Shown here piece after piece: positions 28,225 through 37,219 of a DNA stretch of 58,418 nucleotides. Under the pieces are notes generated by a model. That model did no database searches. It saw only the letters and a list, made by a program, of their open reading frames with translations, and was not told the origin of the DNA. Position 1 is the stretch's first letter, and each line of letters begins with the position of its first letter. The DNA is from Escherichia phage KS_A3. The translations under genes and the position numbers were made by a program. Location: sequence record PP627278.1. One strand, given 5' to 3'.

Positions 28225-28866
28225 TTATTTACAAGCTTCAAGGAACTCCCGGCGCCATTCTTTACCAATATCGCTACCATGCTCCAGTTCTGTAGCGCCC
28301 CGGAACGCTTTGGTAATAGTAGAGCTGCCACATACCTGCTTAACTCCGCGCGACTCCATGCACATATGCTTGGCGTCAACATAAACACATACAGCTTTCG
28401 GGTTTAAATGCTCCTGAATAGCGTCTGCAATCTGGTTAGTAAGACGTTCCTGAACTTGCAGTCGACGACTAAAAGCATCCACAACGCGAGACAGCTTACT
28501 AAGCCCAACAATCTTCCCATTGGGGACATAACCCACGACAGCATGACCGATGATAGGAGCCATGTGATGCTCACAATGACTATACACAGGGATATCACGG
28601 ACAATGACCATTTCATTGGTGTTTTCCGCCCCATCCTCAAAGGTTTTAAACAGACCAGCGATATCTACATCGTAACCGCTAAACCACGTTGCATAAGCTT
28701 TCGCTACACGCTCCGGAGTTTCCTCCAGCCCTGGGCGCAGAACCGCGCTAACTTCAATTTGGGATAGTAAAGTACGCACAGCGTTAGCAATACGGAATTG
28801 AACACCTTCACTATTAATACTATATTTAGACATGGTTTGCAGTTTCCTTGTTGTTAATGTGGTCAT
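28225..28866 (-). CDS. folE: GTP cyclohydrolase I
   Basis: 213 aa; SHCEHHM and GLSKL/QVQERLT motifs of FolE. Confidence 0.85.
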   Translation of the reverse strand: MTTLTTRKLQTMSKYSINSEGVQFRIANAVRTLLSQIEVSAVLRPGLEETPERVAKAYATWFSGYDVDIAGLFKTFEDGAENTNEMVIVRDIPVYSHCEHHMAPIIGHAVVGYVPNGKIVGLSKLSRVVDAFSRRLQVQERLTNQIADAIQEHLNPKAVCVYVDAKHMCMESRGVKQVCGSSTITKAFRGATELEHGSDIGKEWRREFLEACK

Positions 28867-28868
28867 AC

Positions 28869-29378
28869 TTACAGACTATAGTTTACGTGGCACTTCGAAG
28901 TTTCTTCGATGGTGCATTCTACAAGTTGAACACCATGTTCGTCAAGTAGCAGTGGCCCAATTACGTTGACCATATATGCAGCTAAGTTTTCCGCAGTAGG
29001 ATTGAATGGTAAAGATACCAGTGAATGAAAAAACGCATCACCATCAAGCTCACTTATACTCGGTCTGGAAGACATCTTCCAATCCTGGCTTACTAAATTT
29101 TTCAACCCGTCAATTAGCAAGTCTTTTTCCCAGTGCAGGAACTTATGATCCCAATTATCTTCCAACCACTGGCAGAGCGTAGTTTTAACCACACTAAAGT
29201 CGATAACTCGCCCAACTTCGTCCAGCAAAATACTATTCATTTCTTGCGACCCTTTTTTCGGCGCAACCTTAAAGTGAAACTTATAGTTATGACCGTGAAG
29301 GTGACGACACTTACTTTCATGACCCACAACACGGTGACCAGCGCAAATTTCATGTGAACGAATTACTGTATAGCTCAT
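28869..29378 (-). CDS. queD: 6-carboxy-5,6,7,8-tetrahydropterin synthase
   Basis: 169 aa; CAGHR and CRHLHGH zinc-binding motifs of QueD/PTPS. Confidence 0.8.
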   Translation of the reverse strand: MSYTVIRSHEICAGHRVVGHESKCRHLHGHNYKFHFKVAPKKGSQEMNSILLDEVGRVIDFSVVKTTLCQWLEDNWDHKFLHWEKDLLIDGLKNLVSQDWKMSSRPSISELDGDAFFHSLVSLPFNPTAENLAAYMVNVIGPLLLDEHGVQLVECTIEETSKCHVNYSL

Positions 29379-29379
29379 T

Positions 29380-29649
29380 TTAATCCTCTTCTACTCTATT
29401 CATAAATTCCAAATGACGACGCATAGTTTCTTCTTTTGTGGAAGAATTAAAATGTGACCAACCGTTATCTAAGAAGTATGCCCAGTAATATTCGCCATAT
29501 TTCTTCCGCATAGCTGGGATGGGGCATTTCCTTCTTTCAAGCTTAGGATTCTGCGATTTTATATAAGCTTGTTTTTCTTTAAGACTTAATGCTTCAAACC
29601 AATCAGCTAGCTCGTGAAACTTTAAATGACTTGGAGGTACAGGAATCAT
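29380..29649 (-). CDS. hypothetical protein within 7-deazaguanine cluster
   Basis: 89 aa ORF, coupled to neighbours. Confidence 0.4.
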   Translation of the reverse strand: MIPVPPSHLKFHELADWFEALSLKEKQAYIKSQNPKLERRKCPIPAMRKKYGEYYWAYFLDNGWSHFNSSTKEETMRRHLEFMNRVEED

Positions 29650-30263
29650 TTTAACACCTCTTTAGATTGTTCAATTTCTAACGCACGCTGTGCGGATGCA
29701 ATAATGTCTTTCAAATCTTCTACCACATGCTTATGACCGCGTTCGCCAGGCTGCAACGCCTTTTTAATCAAATGTTGTAAAGCTGGGTTAGTTGTCTTCC
29801 AAGCTTCCAAGACATCATACACGTCCACGATGCATTTTACAACATTGCCGTTTTCATCTTTACCATAAATAACTTTCTGGTATTTGTTTAGATTGTCGTC
29901 TTTATTCATAGCAGATCGTATATCCCAATCCTTTCCGTATACGCCCAGTCCATCAATAGCGAAACTTTCAGAAGTCACTTTAAATCCATTTTCACCGGCT
30001 TGTCTAACGTAATCTTCTGCGACAATATAACGCCAAGATATAACCGAATCCCTTTCTAACGGTATTACGTTATCACAGGATTTTTTATACCAGTCCCATC
30101 CTTGCCTATGATTTTTCTTAAGAGAACCGTCAGCTAATTGAACTTCAAACTGTTCGTTTTGAAGAAAAATGGGCATTCCTTTCCCATCGTGCTTGTGCCA
30201 AATTTTATTAAGATTATCTTTCATTTTACGCTCTCGCTGTACGTGAATGAACTTCGTAAACAA
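29646..30263 (-). CDS. hypothetical protein within 7-deazaguanine cluster
   Basis: 205 aa soluble protein; no motif recognised. Confidence 0.45.
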   Translation of the reverse strand: MFTKFIHVQRERKMKDNLNKIWHKHDGKGMPIFLQNEQFEVQLADGSLKKNHRQGWDWYKKSCDNVIPLERDSVISWRYIVAEDYVRQAGENGFKVTSESFAIDGLGVYGKDWDIRSAMNKDDNLNKYQKVIYGKDENGNVVKCIVDVYDVLEAWKTTNPALQHLIKKALQPGERGHKHVVEDLKDIIASAQRALEIEQSKEVLK

Positions 30264-30705
30264 CCCAAAGGATGGCAGATGCTGTGAACTTACTTAAGCT
30301 CATTGCTACCATTGATCCCGGATTAATAATACCTATAATACTTAAGAACACAATGGAGTCAATCGGTACAGCTACTAAAGAGCTGATAAATACGCGTTGA
30401 TGGAAAGGCTTCTTGGTGACCGTGTATACTACATAGTCCGCAAACTCACTAAGCGCAAAAGACGCAACGGATGCAACTACAACCGCAGGATCACCGAACA
30501 CCCAGCTAAGGATGCAACCAACAATCATTGCAGGGATGACGCCTTTGCCAGCGTTACGCTGTGCGTAATCACGCAGAACAAAGATAATGCCTACAAAGAA
30601 AGCCATCATGGGGACTACGCCAAGTGGCGTATTAAGCATCGGAAGATAGGAAAAGCCCAGGTTTACGAATGTAATTGCAGCCAGATAAGCAACGATAAAT
30701 TTCAT
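30226..30705 (-). CDS. small polytopic membrane protein, candidate 7-deazaguanine precursor transporter (YhhQ/QueT-like)
   Basis: 159 aa with about five hydrophobic helices, SD GGAG; located between queC and queD; family assignment from context and loose resemblance only. Confidence 0.35.
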   Translation of the reverse strand: MKFIVAYLAAITFVNLGFSYLPMLNTPLGVVPMMAFFVGIIFVLRDYAQRNAGKGVIPAMIVGCILSWVFGDPAVVVASVASFALSEFADYVVYTVTKKPFHQRVFISSLVAVPIDSIVFLSIIGIINPGSMVAMSLSKFTASAILWVVYEVHSRTARA

Positions 30706-30825
30706 ACTTTTGTTCTCCAGTTTTAACAGCGCTATTCGCTGGTTGTTGGGTTTAAAAGCTTTAGTAGTATAGTTGGGTTACCGCACCCTAAACAATGCGC
30801 TAGCGGTGCGGTTTTCGCGGTAAGA

Positions 30826-31548
30826 TCAAACGTGTTTGCTGTAAGCGTTATCCATAAATTCGCTGTACCCTTTAGCACGCAATTTGCACGCAGGACATTC
30901 ACCGCAACCATATCCCCAGTCATGCAGAGTGCGACGGACGCCATTATAGCAACTATGGGACTGTTCAATTACTGTGGTTAAGAAACCAACCTTATCCGCC
31001 AGCTCAAACGTTTCTGCTTTATTTAAACGCATAAGCGGAGTAACAAAATGGATATCTGTTTCATATCCAACGTTTAACGTAGCTTCAAGCAAATCTACAA
31101 ACTGCTGACGGCAATCCGGATAACCGCTATAGTCCGTCTCACAAACGCCTGTAACCACATATCGGGCTCCAACCTTCTGCGCATAGGCGTGCGCGGTAGT
31201 CAGGAAAAGAGCATTACGGTTGGGCACAAAGCTTGCCGGAAGGTTGTTGTGCTGTTCGTGATGTTCGTTAACATCACCTTCGTTCCCGATTAAAGCGCTA
31301 TTGCCAATTTGTTTCAAAGCAGGTAATTCAAAGACAACAAACGGGACATCGTGCTCTTTACAAATTTGATTAGCACAAGCCAGCTCAATGTTATGACGTT
31401 GACCGTATGCAAAACCAATAGCGTAGACCTTATCATAGTTATTCAGTGCAAGACCCAAACAGGTCACGCTGTCCTGGCCGCCAGACAGGACAACAACGGC
31501 GGAGTTATGATTTTTTACAGGGAATACCAGTTTATCTAATTTATTCAT
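30826..31548 (-). CDS. queC: 7-cyano-7-deazaguanine synthase
   Basis: 240 aa; PP-loop VVLSGGQDS; C-terminal Cys cluster CYNG...CGECPAC. Confidence 0.85.
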   Translation of the reverse strand: MNKLDKLVFPVKNHNSAVVVLSGGQDSVTCLGLALNNYDKVYAIGFAYGQRHNIELACANQICKEHDVPFVVFELPALKQIGNSALIGNEGDVNEHHEQHNNLPASFVPNRNALFLTTAHAYAQKVGARYVVTGVCETDYSGYPDCRQQFVDLLEATLNVGYETDIHFVTPLMRLNKAETFELADKVGFLTTVIEQSHSCYNGVRRTLHDWGYGCGECPACKLRAKGYSEFMDNAYSKHV

Positions 31549-31753
31549 TTACTTCACCTTCAATATCACAAGGGTTGATTGTTACGTTAGACATTACAAT
31601 TGGATGATTGCGCGCTCCAATTGTACTAACGTGATTAATATCTAATTCTACATGCACACCTTGCATAGTAGCATGGGCAATTGAAGAATTAAGTTTTTCT
31701 ACCAGCTCAGTGATCATTTCCTGATGCTGTTTCGCTTCTTCCAAAGTGATCAT
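31541..31753 (-). CDS. hypothetical protein
   Basis: 70 aa ORF. Confidence 0.35.
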   Translation of the reverse strand: MITLEEAKQHQEMITELVEKLNSSIAHATMQGVHVELDINHVSTIGARNHPIVMSNVTINPCDIEGEVNE

Positions 31754-32008
31754 TTAAACCTCCGTTAATGTTTGAGTCCAGTCTAAGCCTTCAAGATCTA
31801 CATCAGCTATTTCATCGTACTCGTAAGCTTCCGGATCTGCTGGCAACCATCTATCAAAGCGATGGCTAAGTTCTGGAGGAATTGCTTCATATCCCCAAAC
31901 CTTCCCATCCTTGTCGGCTGCCAGATAATCAACTCGACTTGGAACGGTTAAAGCGACACCACAAAAATTAACATCTTTAGTATGCACAACCTGGCTTAAC
32001 ACACGCAT
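31754..32008 (-). CDS. hypothetical protein, member of three-copy paralogous family
   Basis: 84 aa; shares AxDxDGKV...Y and W..TL.E motifs with ORFs 52708-52950 and 53292-53588. Confidence 0.45.
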   Translation of the reverse strand: MRVLSQVVHTKDVNFCGVALTVPSRVDYLAADKDGKVWGYEAIPPELSHRFDRWLPADPEAYEYDEIADVDLEGLDWTQTLTEV

Positions 32009-32715
32009 TATTCCACCCCGATATATTTGTGAACCTGAAGCTGCAACGTGTAACCGTGTTTCATACAGCTTTGGACAACGGCTTGGATATTACTGTGGTT
32101 AAGGTCTTCATCCTGCTCGTCCATTGGCTGTAAATATATCTTACCCTTGAAACCCTTCGGAGGTCTAGCGATAAATGGCGTAGCTTGATGATCTAATGCC
32201 TGAAGCGGCAAACCATCTTCCACGTTTACACAGCACGCTTTAAGTACATATTTAAATGCATTAGCGCGGCGCAGCACAGAAGGATGAATCTTTGAGGTCT
32301 TGGGACTACATACAATTACAGGTAACTGGGAAAAGTTCTTAGGTAAAGGCATAGACCCATTAGTTTCAATTTGCACCAAATACCCGCGCGATAACAGTTG
32401 TTCAATAAACGGGTTAATTTGCTGACGGAACGGTTCACCCCCAGTGATAACCACAAGTGAGGTGCTATTACCTGATTCCAGCTTACGGCTTTCGATTAAA
32501 CGCATAATATCGACAATGTGATAAAGACTACGACCAACAGTATAATCTGTATCACAGCCAGGACATTGCAGATTACACCCAGCAAGACGCACAAATACAG
32601 CAGGTTGGCCGCAGAATGGACCTTCACCTTGAATGGTAGAGAATACCGAATGCACGTCTAAATACATATCGTTTTCTTTAGAACGGGACTCGGGAGCTTG
32701 TTGATTAATATTCAT
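32008..32715 (-). CDS. queE: 7-carboxy-7-deazaguanine synthase (radical SAM)
   Basis: 235 aa; radical-SAM Cys triad CNLQCPGC; ITGGEP motif. Confidence 0.85.
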   Translation of the reverse strand: MNINQQAPESRSKENDMYLDVHSVFSTIQGEGPFCGQPAVFVRLAGCNLQCPGCDTDYTVGRSLYHIVDIMRLIESRKLESGNSTSLVVITGGEPFRQQINPFIEQLLSRGYLVQIETNGSMPLPKNFSQLPVIVCSPKTSKIHPSVLRRANAFKYVLKACCVNVEDGLPLQALDHQATPFIARPPKGFKGKIYLQPMDEQDEDLNHSNIQAVVQSCMKHGYTLQLQVHKYIGVE

Positions 32716-32730
32716 CTTAAATCCTCTAGT

Positions 32731-32760
32731 GAAAAAGAAAGCGCCTCATTGGGCGCTTTC
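32731..32760 (-). terminator. hairpin terminator/attenuator upstream of queE
   Basis: AAAGCGCC-TCATTG-GGCGCTTT followed by a U-run on the - strand; only about 16 nt before the queE start codon. Confidence 0.35.
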
Positions 32761-32784
32761 ATTATAACGTGATATGTTTTGATA

Positions 32785-33591
32785 TTACAAGCCGTTCAGG
32801 GCTTCCGGTACTGGTACAGGTACGCGACCAGTCACACCATTAAATTTCTTCCAGCGTGCATACTGGGTTTTAACGGTATCTTCGTTCAGACCATGTCGAC
32901 CAGCCAGGTTCAGAACATAAGAGATCGGAGCAGGCTGACCCAGCGTAGCGCTAATCTGGTCCATCAGAGCCCAGGCACGACCGCAGGAAGTTTCAGGTTG
33001 TGGACGACGAACACCATTCTGTTCAGGCATACGGTTCGCTTCTTTCGCTTTTTCACGTTCAGCTTTTTCGCGGGCTTTTTCAGCAGCCTTTTCAGCCTGT
33101 TTAGCAGCGCGGATCTTGTCTTTGAAGCCTTTGATAAACGAATCCAGTTCGTCAACCATGCTCTGAGCAGCACTTACTGCACCGGACAGATCTTCATCTT
33201 TGGATTTTTTAACAACTGCTTTCAGCTCTTTCAGTTTATTCTTAAAAAGCTTCAGCTGTTCAGAACCCTGAAATTCAGCTACCGTAATCTCTTCAATAGT
33301 GCCTTTATCGGCAACATCGGATAAAACAGACCTCACGGTTTCAACTCCGCGGGAAAGAGCGGTAAATTTATTTTCCGCTACAGCACGAATTTCAGCTTGT
33401 TTCTTTTCAGCGGCAGCTTTTTTCTCTGCTTCTTTTTTCTCTTTTGCTACGCGTGCAGCTTCAGCGGCAGCGGCTTTTTTAGCTTCTTTCTTTGCAGGCT
33501 TAGCAGATTTTTCAGCGGCAGCAGCGGCTGCGGCAGCAGCGGCTGCGGCAGCAGCGGCTTTCTTATCTTCAATATTACTCATTTTCTTCAC
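32785..33591 (-). CDS. lysine/alanine-rich histone H1-like protein with poly-Ala tract
   Basis: 268 aa; N-terminal run of 15 Ala then KAAK/EKKA repeats, globular C-terminal domain. Confidence 0.55.
   Translation of the reverse strand: MKKMSNIEDKKAAAAAAAAAAAAAAAEKSAKPAKKEAKKAAAAEAARVAKEKKEAEKKAAAEKKQAEIRAVAENKFTALSRGVETVRSVLSDVADKGTIEEITVAEFQGSEQLKLFKNKLKELKAVVKKSKDEDLSGAVSAAQSMVDELDSFIKGFKDKIRAAKQAEKAAEKAREKAEREKAKEANRMPEQNGVRRPQPETSCGRAWALMDQISATLGQPAPISYVLNLAGRHGLNEDTVKTQYARWKKFNGVTGRVPVPVPEALNGL
33515..33559. repeat. perfect 3x tandem 15-mer (GCGGCAGCAGCGGCT) encoding poly-Ala
   Basis: three identical 15-nt units read directly in the sequence. Confidence 0.9.
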
Positions 33592-33709
33592 TCCGAATTA
33601 TTATGGGTTCGTTTGTTACCAACGGGGTTAAATGTACCAAAGGATTTTGTGACACGCAACCCCTTACATAAACATTTTTAAAAATATTTTTGATCAGGGT
33701 TAGAACTTA

Positions 33710-34204
33710 TTAGCTCTTCGCACCTCTGCCCGGTGTCCATGCTGCTTGCAATGCGGGTTGCTCACAAATGACCCTGGCACCGGAAATAATACCACCCTCC
33801 CGTTCAGCATCGTATTTGACACGGGCAGGTTTCCAAAGTCCTTCATCCATTGACGGTACATATTGCCCAAGTTGAGGCGAGCAAAAGCCCTGGATATCAT
33901 ATTCCACACAGAATTCGGCTTGTGCGCTAATTTGGGCGTGATCCAGGAGTGTTTCTGGAAGTTGCGTAAAGTAATCAGACAAAATGCGCTCAACGATTTC
34001 CCGTTCATAAGGTGCAGCTCCTAAATTTTCTGTCAAGTTAATATAAAGCATTTGTAGATCAACATCTTCAAGATCGTGTAAATCGTCTACTGGTGTTACC
34101 AGTGTTGACTCCGGACAACAAATAATTCCAAGTTGGTGTAGTGTCAGCCAATTGGGATGCTTTGCCAAGAGTTCAAATTTATCTGTATCAATTAGGACGT
34201 ACAT
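33710..34204 (-). CDS. hypothetical protein
   Basis: 164 aa acidic ORF. Confidence 0.4.
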   Translation of the reverse strand: MYVLIDTDKFELLAKHPNWLTLHQLGIICCPESTLVTPVDDLHDLEDVDLQMLYINLTENLGAAPYEREIVERILSDYFTQLPETLLDHAQISAQAEFCVEYDIQGFCSPQLGQYVPSMDEGLWKPARVKYDAEREGGIISGARVICEQPALQAAWTPGRGAKS

Positions 34205-34263
34205 TGCAATCCCCTATAAATAAGTAATGCCCCAATAGTAGGAGCATTAGATGTCGAAGTCAA

Positions 34264-36249
34264 TTAGAACGGAACGTAATCCGGATCTTCTACTTGTACA
34301 GGGTTAACCACATTGTTCACCGTTATACCTTGCGTATTCTGTGAAACAATATCATCCCAGCTCACATCATCATTATAGCTTGGCCCTTCTGTTGTTCCAT
34401 CCTGCCCGTATACTTTAACCTGAATAGCTTCGTCGTCGTCCTGTGGTGCTTCAAACTTACCGAAACACGTACCATCATAATCATAGTTCAATATCTCAGG
34501 CCATTTCTTATTGGTATGAACTTTGATGTATTTCGGCGTTTTGAGCATTGCAGCAACATCAAGAGCTTCTTCAATGGTTTGTGGTAAAGGAAGATGCGTC
34601 CTTTTCTTCCACCATGCAACCGCTATACGACCTGCCCAGTCACCGTGAAGTAGAGCTACCCATTCGCTGAATATTTTACTACCGCAATAATAAGTCACCT
34701 TCATTGTTGGAGGTTTGGAGCTATCATTGCGTTTAGTGTGCTTCGCATAAGTCACATGCGTAACTTTGAAGTCTTCAACTACCGGAATGTCCTGTTTGAT
34801 CAGTGCTTCGGTACTTGCTGCCTTTTTAAGTTTCGTCTGGAACTTAAACTCATGACCGCAAAATCCTTCTTTAACATAATCCGTTCCACGTAGTCTGAAT
34901 CCCTTCAAATATAATTGTTGAGCTTGTTCCTGTGTAACGCTGTCCATAGGAATTGGTGCAAAGCCACCGCAATAGCGAGCAGATGCATGATTATACGACC
35001 CGCACACATCGCATTCTTTAACCGGAGCAGTACCAGCACCTTTTTTGCCCGGACGCTTGGGTTTAACAGGGTCGTTAATAGGGCCCAAACGGCGCGTATT
35101 ACCGCTGAAATCCAGTACAAGGCAGTTCTGCTTAGGACTTGCTGCAATAGCTTGCAAGCGGCCTTCCTGCGTGGAAAGATCAAAGCCTTCCGCGTATACC
35201 GGACGCGTACCGCGACCTAGCATCTGAACCCATAGCACCGCCGACGCAGTGGGGCGAAGCATGATAATCAGATCAAGCATTGGATGGTCAAAACCTGTGG
35301 TTAAGACGTTGTTGTTCGTCAGCGCTCGAAACTCTCCACGCTTGAACTTTTCAATAATTTCGTCACGCTCTTTTGCATCAAGCTTTGAGTGAATACATCC
35401 GCAACTAATACCCATATCGTTCAGCATATCGCACGCATCTTTAGCGTGTTCAATACCCGAACAAAATATAAGCCAACTTTGACGGTCTTCACCACATTCA
35501 ATGGCTTCCTCAAGTGCGCGAAGTGTTGCATCGTCGCGGTTCACCGCACTTTGCAGCTCACTCTGAATAAACTCACCACCGCGTTTGCCCACCCCATTGA
35601 GGTCCAGTTCCATCTTTGTACGCTTTGGCACAACCGGAAGCAAATAGCCTTGCTCCAGGAACCAGTTAAAGGCTTCAGGGGTAGTTGCATCAAACGTTAC
35701 TTTATCAAATAAAGCATCATCGTCTTTGTTTTCCTTAACAATTGAGCCGTAACCCAGTCGGTAAGGTGTAGCGGTAAGACCGATAATTTTTAAATACGGG
35801 TTAACTTCACGCAATGCTGCAAAGAACTTCTTATACATTGTTGCATCACGCGGACTAATAAGGTGCGCTTCATCCACAAAGATTAGATCAACCTTGCCAA
35901 ACTTTTTAGGATGCTTAGCAACAGATGCAATCCCCGCAAATGTGATAAGATTATAAACTTCTTTACGCTTCAAACCTGCGCTGTAAATACCTGCTGGCGC
36001 TTCAGGCCAGACTTTCATTAATTTATCATAGTTTTGCGCGATCAACTCTTTGACGTGAGTTAACATCATTACGCGCTGGTTTGGATACCATTTATAAAGC
36101 AGATCGAGGAACCCCGCGATAACGAGCGATTTTCCTGTCCCTGTTGGTAACAGGATCAAAGGGTTCCCCGCGTTACCCTTTTCAGCATCAAAATAGCGGA
36201 ATACGCTATAAACTGCTTCCTGTTGATAATCGCGGAGCTGCATAATCAA
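34264..36249 (-). CDS. SF2 DEAD/DEAH-box DNA helicase
   Basis: 661 aa; Walker A LLPTGTGKS, DEAH box FVDEAH; C-terminal Cys-containing segment. Confidence 0.75.
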   Translation of the reverse strand: MIMQLRDYQQEAVYSVFRYFDAEKGNAGNPLILLPTGTGKSLVIAGFLDLLYKWYPNQRVMMLTHVKELIAQNYDKLMKVWPEAPAGIYSAGLKRKEVYNLITFAGIASVAKHPKKFGKVDLIFVDEAHLISPRDATMYKKFFAALREVNPYLKIIGLTATPYRLGYGSIVKENKDDDALFDKVTFDATTPEAFNWFLEQGYLLPVVPKRTKMELDLNGVGKRGGEFIQSELQSAVNRDDATLRALEEAIECGEDRQSWLIFCSGIEHAKDACDMLNDMGISCGCIHSKLDAKERDEIIEKFKRGEFRALTNNNVLTTGFDHPMLDLIIMLRPTASAVLWVQMLGRGTRPVYAEGFDLSTQEGRLQAIAASPKQNCLVLDFSGNTRRLGPINDPVKPKRPGKKGAGTAPVKECDVCGSYNHASARYCGGFAPIPMDSVTQEQAQQLYLKGFRLRGTDYVKEGFCGHEFKFQTKLKKAASTEALIKQDIPVVEDFKVTHVTYAKHTKRNDSSKPPTMKVTYYCGSKIFSEWVALLHGDWAGRIAVAWWKKRTHLPLPQTIEEALDVAAMLKTPKYIKVHTNKKWPEILNYDYDGTCFGKFEAPQDDDEAIQVKVYGQDGTTEGPSYNDDVSWDDIVSQNTQGITVNNVVNPVQVEDPDYVPF

Positions 36250-37154
36250 TCTTTCCCGTAATAGTTAGCTACTTGATAGTTTTGACAACCCACTTTTTGA
36301 CCCTGAGTATCTACTGCAACGGAATGGAAATTGCAATACCATGTTCCATCATCTTTTGGCTCAAGAAATTGACATGTGCGACAGTTTACTTCCGGCATAG
36401 TTTTACGCCAGCACAATGAGGAGTGGTCACACCATTTACATTCGAAGAATGTAGAGTCTTTAAAAGCACGGTCAGGAATATCCGTAGCAATAGCAATCTG
36501 CACACCACGATCAATATACATGTCCGCAGTGACCGGATCAAATGGAATAATTTCTGCGTAAACTTCATCATCGTTCTTGTTTACAGCAAGATATAACGCT
36601 GCGCCAAGTCCAAGCTTTCGCATATACACGTTCATCTGCACATAGTGCTCAGGTTTAGCTTCTTTGACACCTTTAGCTTTCAGCTTCTTGAAAGACTTAT
36701 CATTATGGGTCTTCATTTCAGTAAGCACAGGCATTCCAGGCTGCACGTCCGGACAACCTATAACCACACCATCACAGGAACCGCCAAAGTGTCCACCCGC
36801 TTCACTGATACGGAACTGGTGTCCGTTTTCATCCTGCTGGTAGACTTGCATACCTGCCGCAAGAAGCATAGCAATGAAACGCGCTTCTTCCAGATGTCCG
36901 CGGTTAAATAAGCGGAGCTGGCGTCCATCGAACTCTTTACGCGTAGCCCAGCGATATCCGTAGAACAGCTTGCGAGCACATTGCTGTCCAATAAGGGAAG
37001 CGCCTAAGTGACTGCGATTTCCGCTTTCAGGACGATATGCGTCTTCAATTGTGGGAATGACTACGCCGAGATATTTACGGTAAGTCCCACCCTGATCTTT
37101 TTGCACACCGTCATTGATTGCTTGAAGTGTTTTTTCTGCAATATAAATAGCCAT
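36246..37154 (-). CDS. PD-(D/E)XK family nuclease (RecB/Cas4-like exonuclease)
   Basis: 302 aa; EMK and YVQMNVYM motifs plus C-terminal Cys cluster. Confidence 0.45.
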   Translation of the reverse strand: MAIYIAEKTLQAINDGVQKDQGGTYRKYLGVVIPTIEDAYRPESGNRSHLGASLIGQQCARKLFYGYRWATRKEFDGRQLRLFNRGHLEEARFIAMLLAAGMQVYQQDENGHQFRISEAGGHFGGSCDGVVIGCPDVQPGMPVLTEMKTHNDKSFKKLKAKGVKEAKPEHYVQMNVYMRKLGLGAALYLAVNKNDDEVYAEIIPFDPVTADMYIDRGVQIAIATDIPDRAFKDSTFFECKWCDHSSLCWRKTMPEVNCRTCQFLEPKDDGTWYCNFHSVAVDTQGQKVGCQNYQVANYYGKD

Positions 37155-37176
37155 TGGAGTACCTTAGAAAAATAAG

Positions 37177-37203
37177 CCGTCTTTCGACGGCTTAGGGACA
37201 CTA
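37177..37203 (-). terminator. hairpin terminator
   Basis: AGCCGTC-TTTC-GACGGCT followed by a U-run on the - strand. Confidence 0.4.
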
Positions 37204-37219
37204 CAGAGGGAGGGTTAAC

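Noticed and set aside
30706-30825. Possible preQ1-type riboswitch in the leader of the membrane-protein gene
   Set aside because: The leader has hairpins (ACCGCACC...GGTGCGGT; CAGCG-AAUA-GCGCUG followed by an A-rich tail) but none fits the preQ1-I consensus by eye; a covariance-model scan would be needed to revive it
30732-30968. 78-aa - strand ORF overlapping the 3' end of queC
   Set aside because: Lies inside queC in another frame with no independent start signal; representative of the many short overlapping track ORFs not listed as features
33299-33681. + strand ORFs with poly-Ala and poly-Phe/Ser translations
   Set aside because: Antisense to the K/A-rich protein gene; artefact of the GCN repeat
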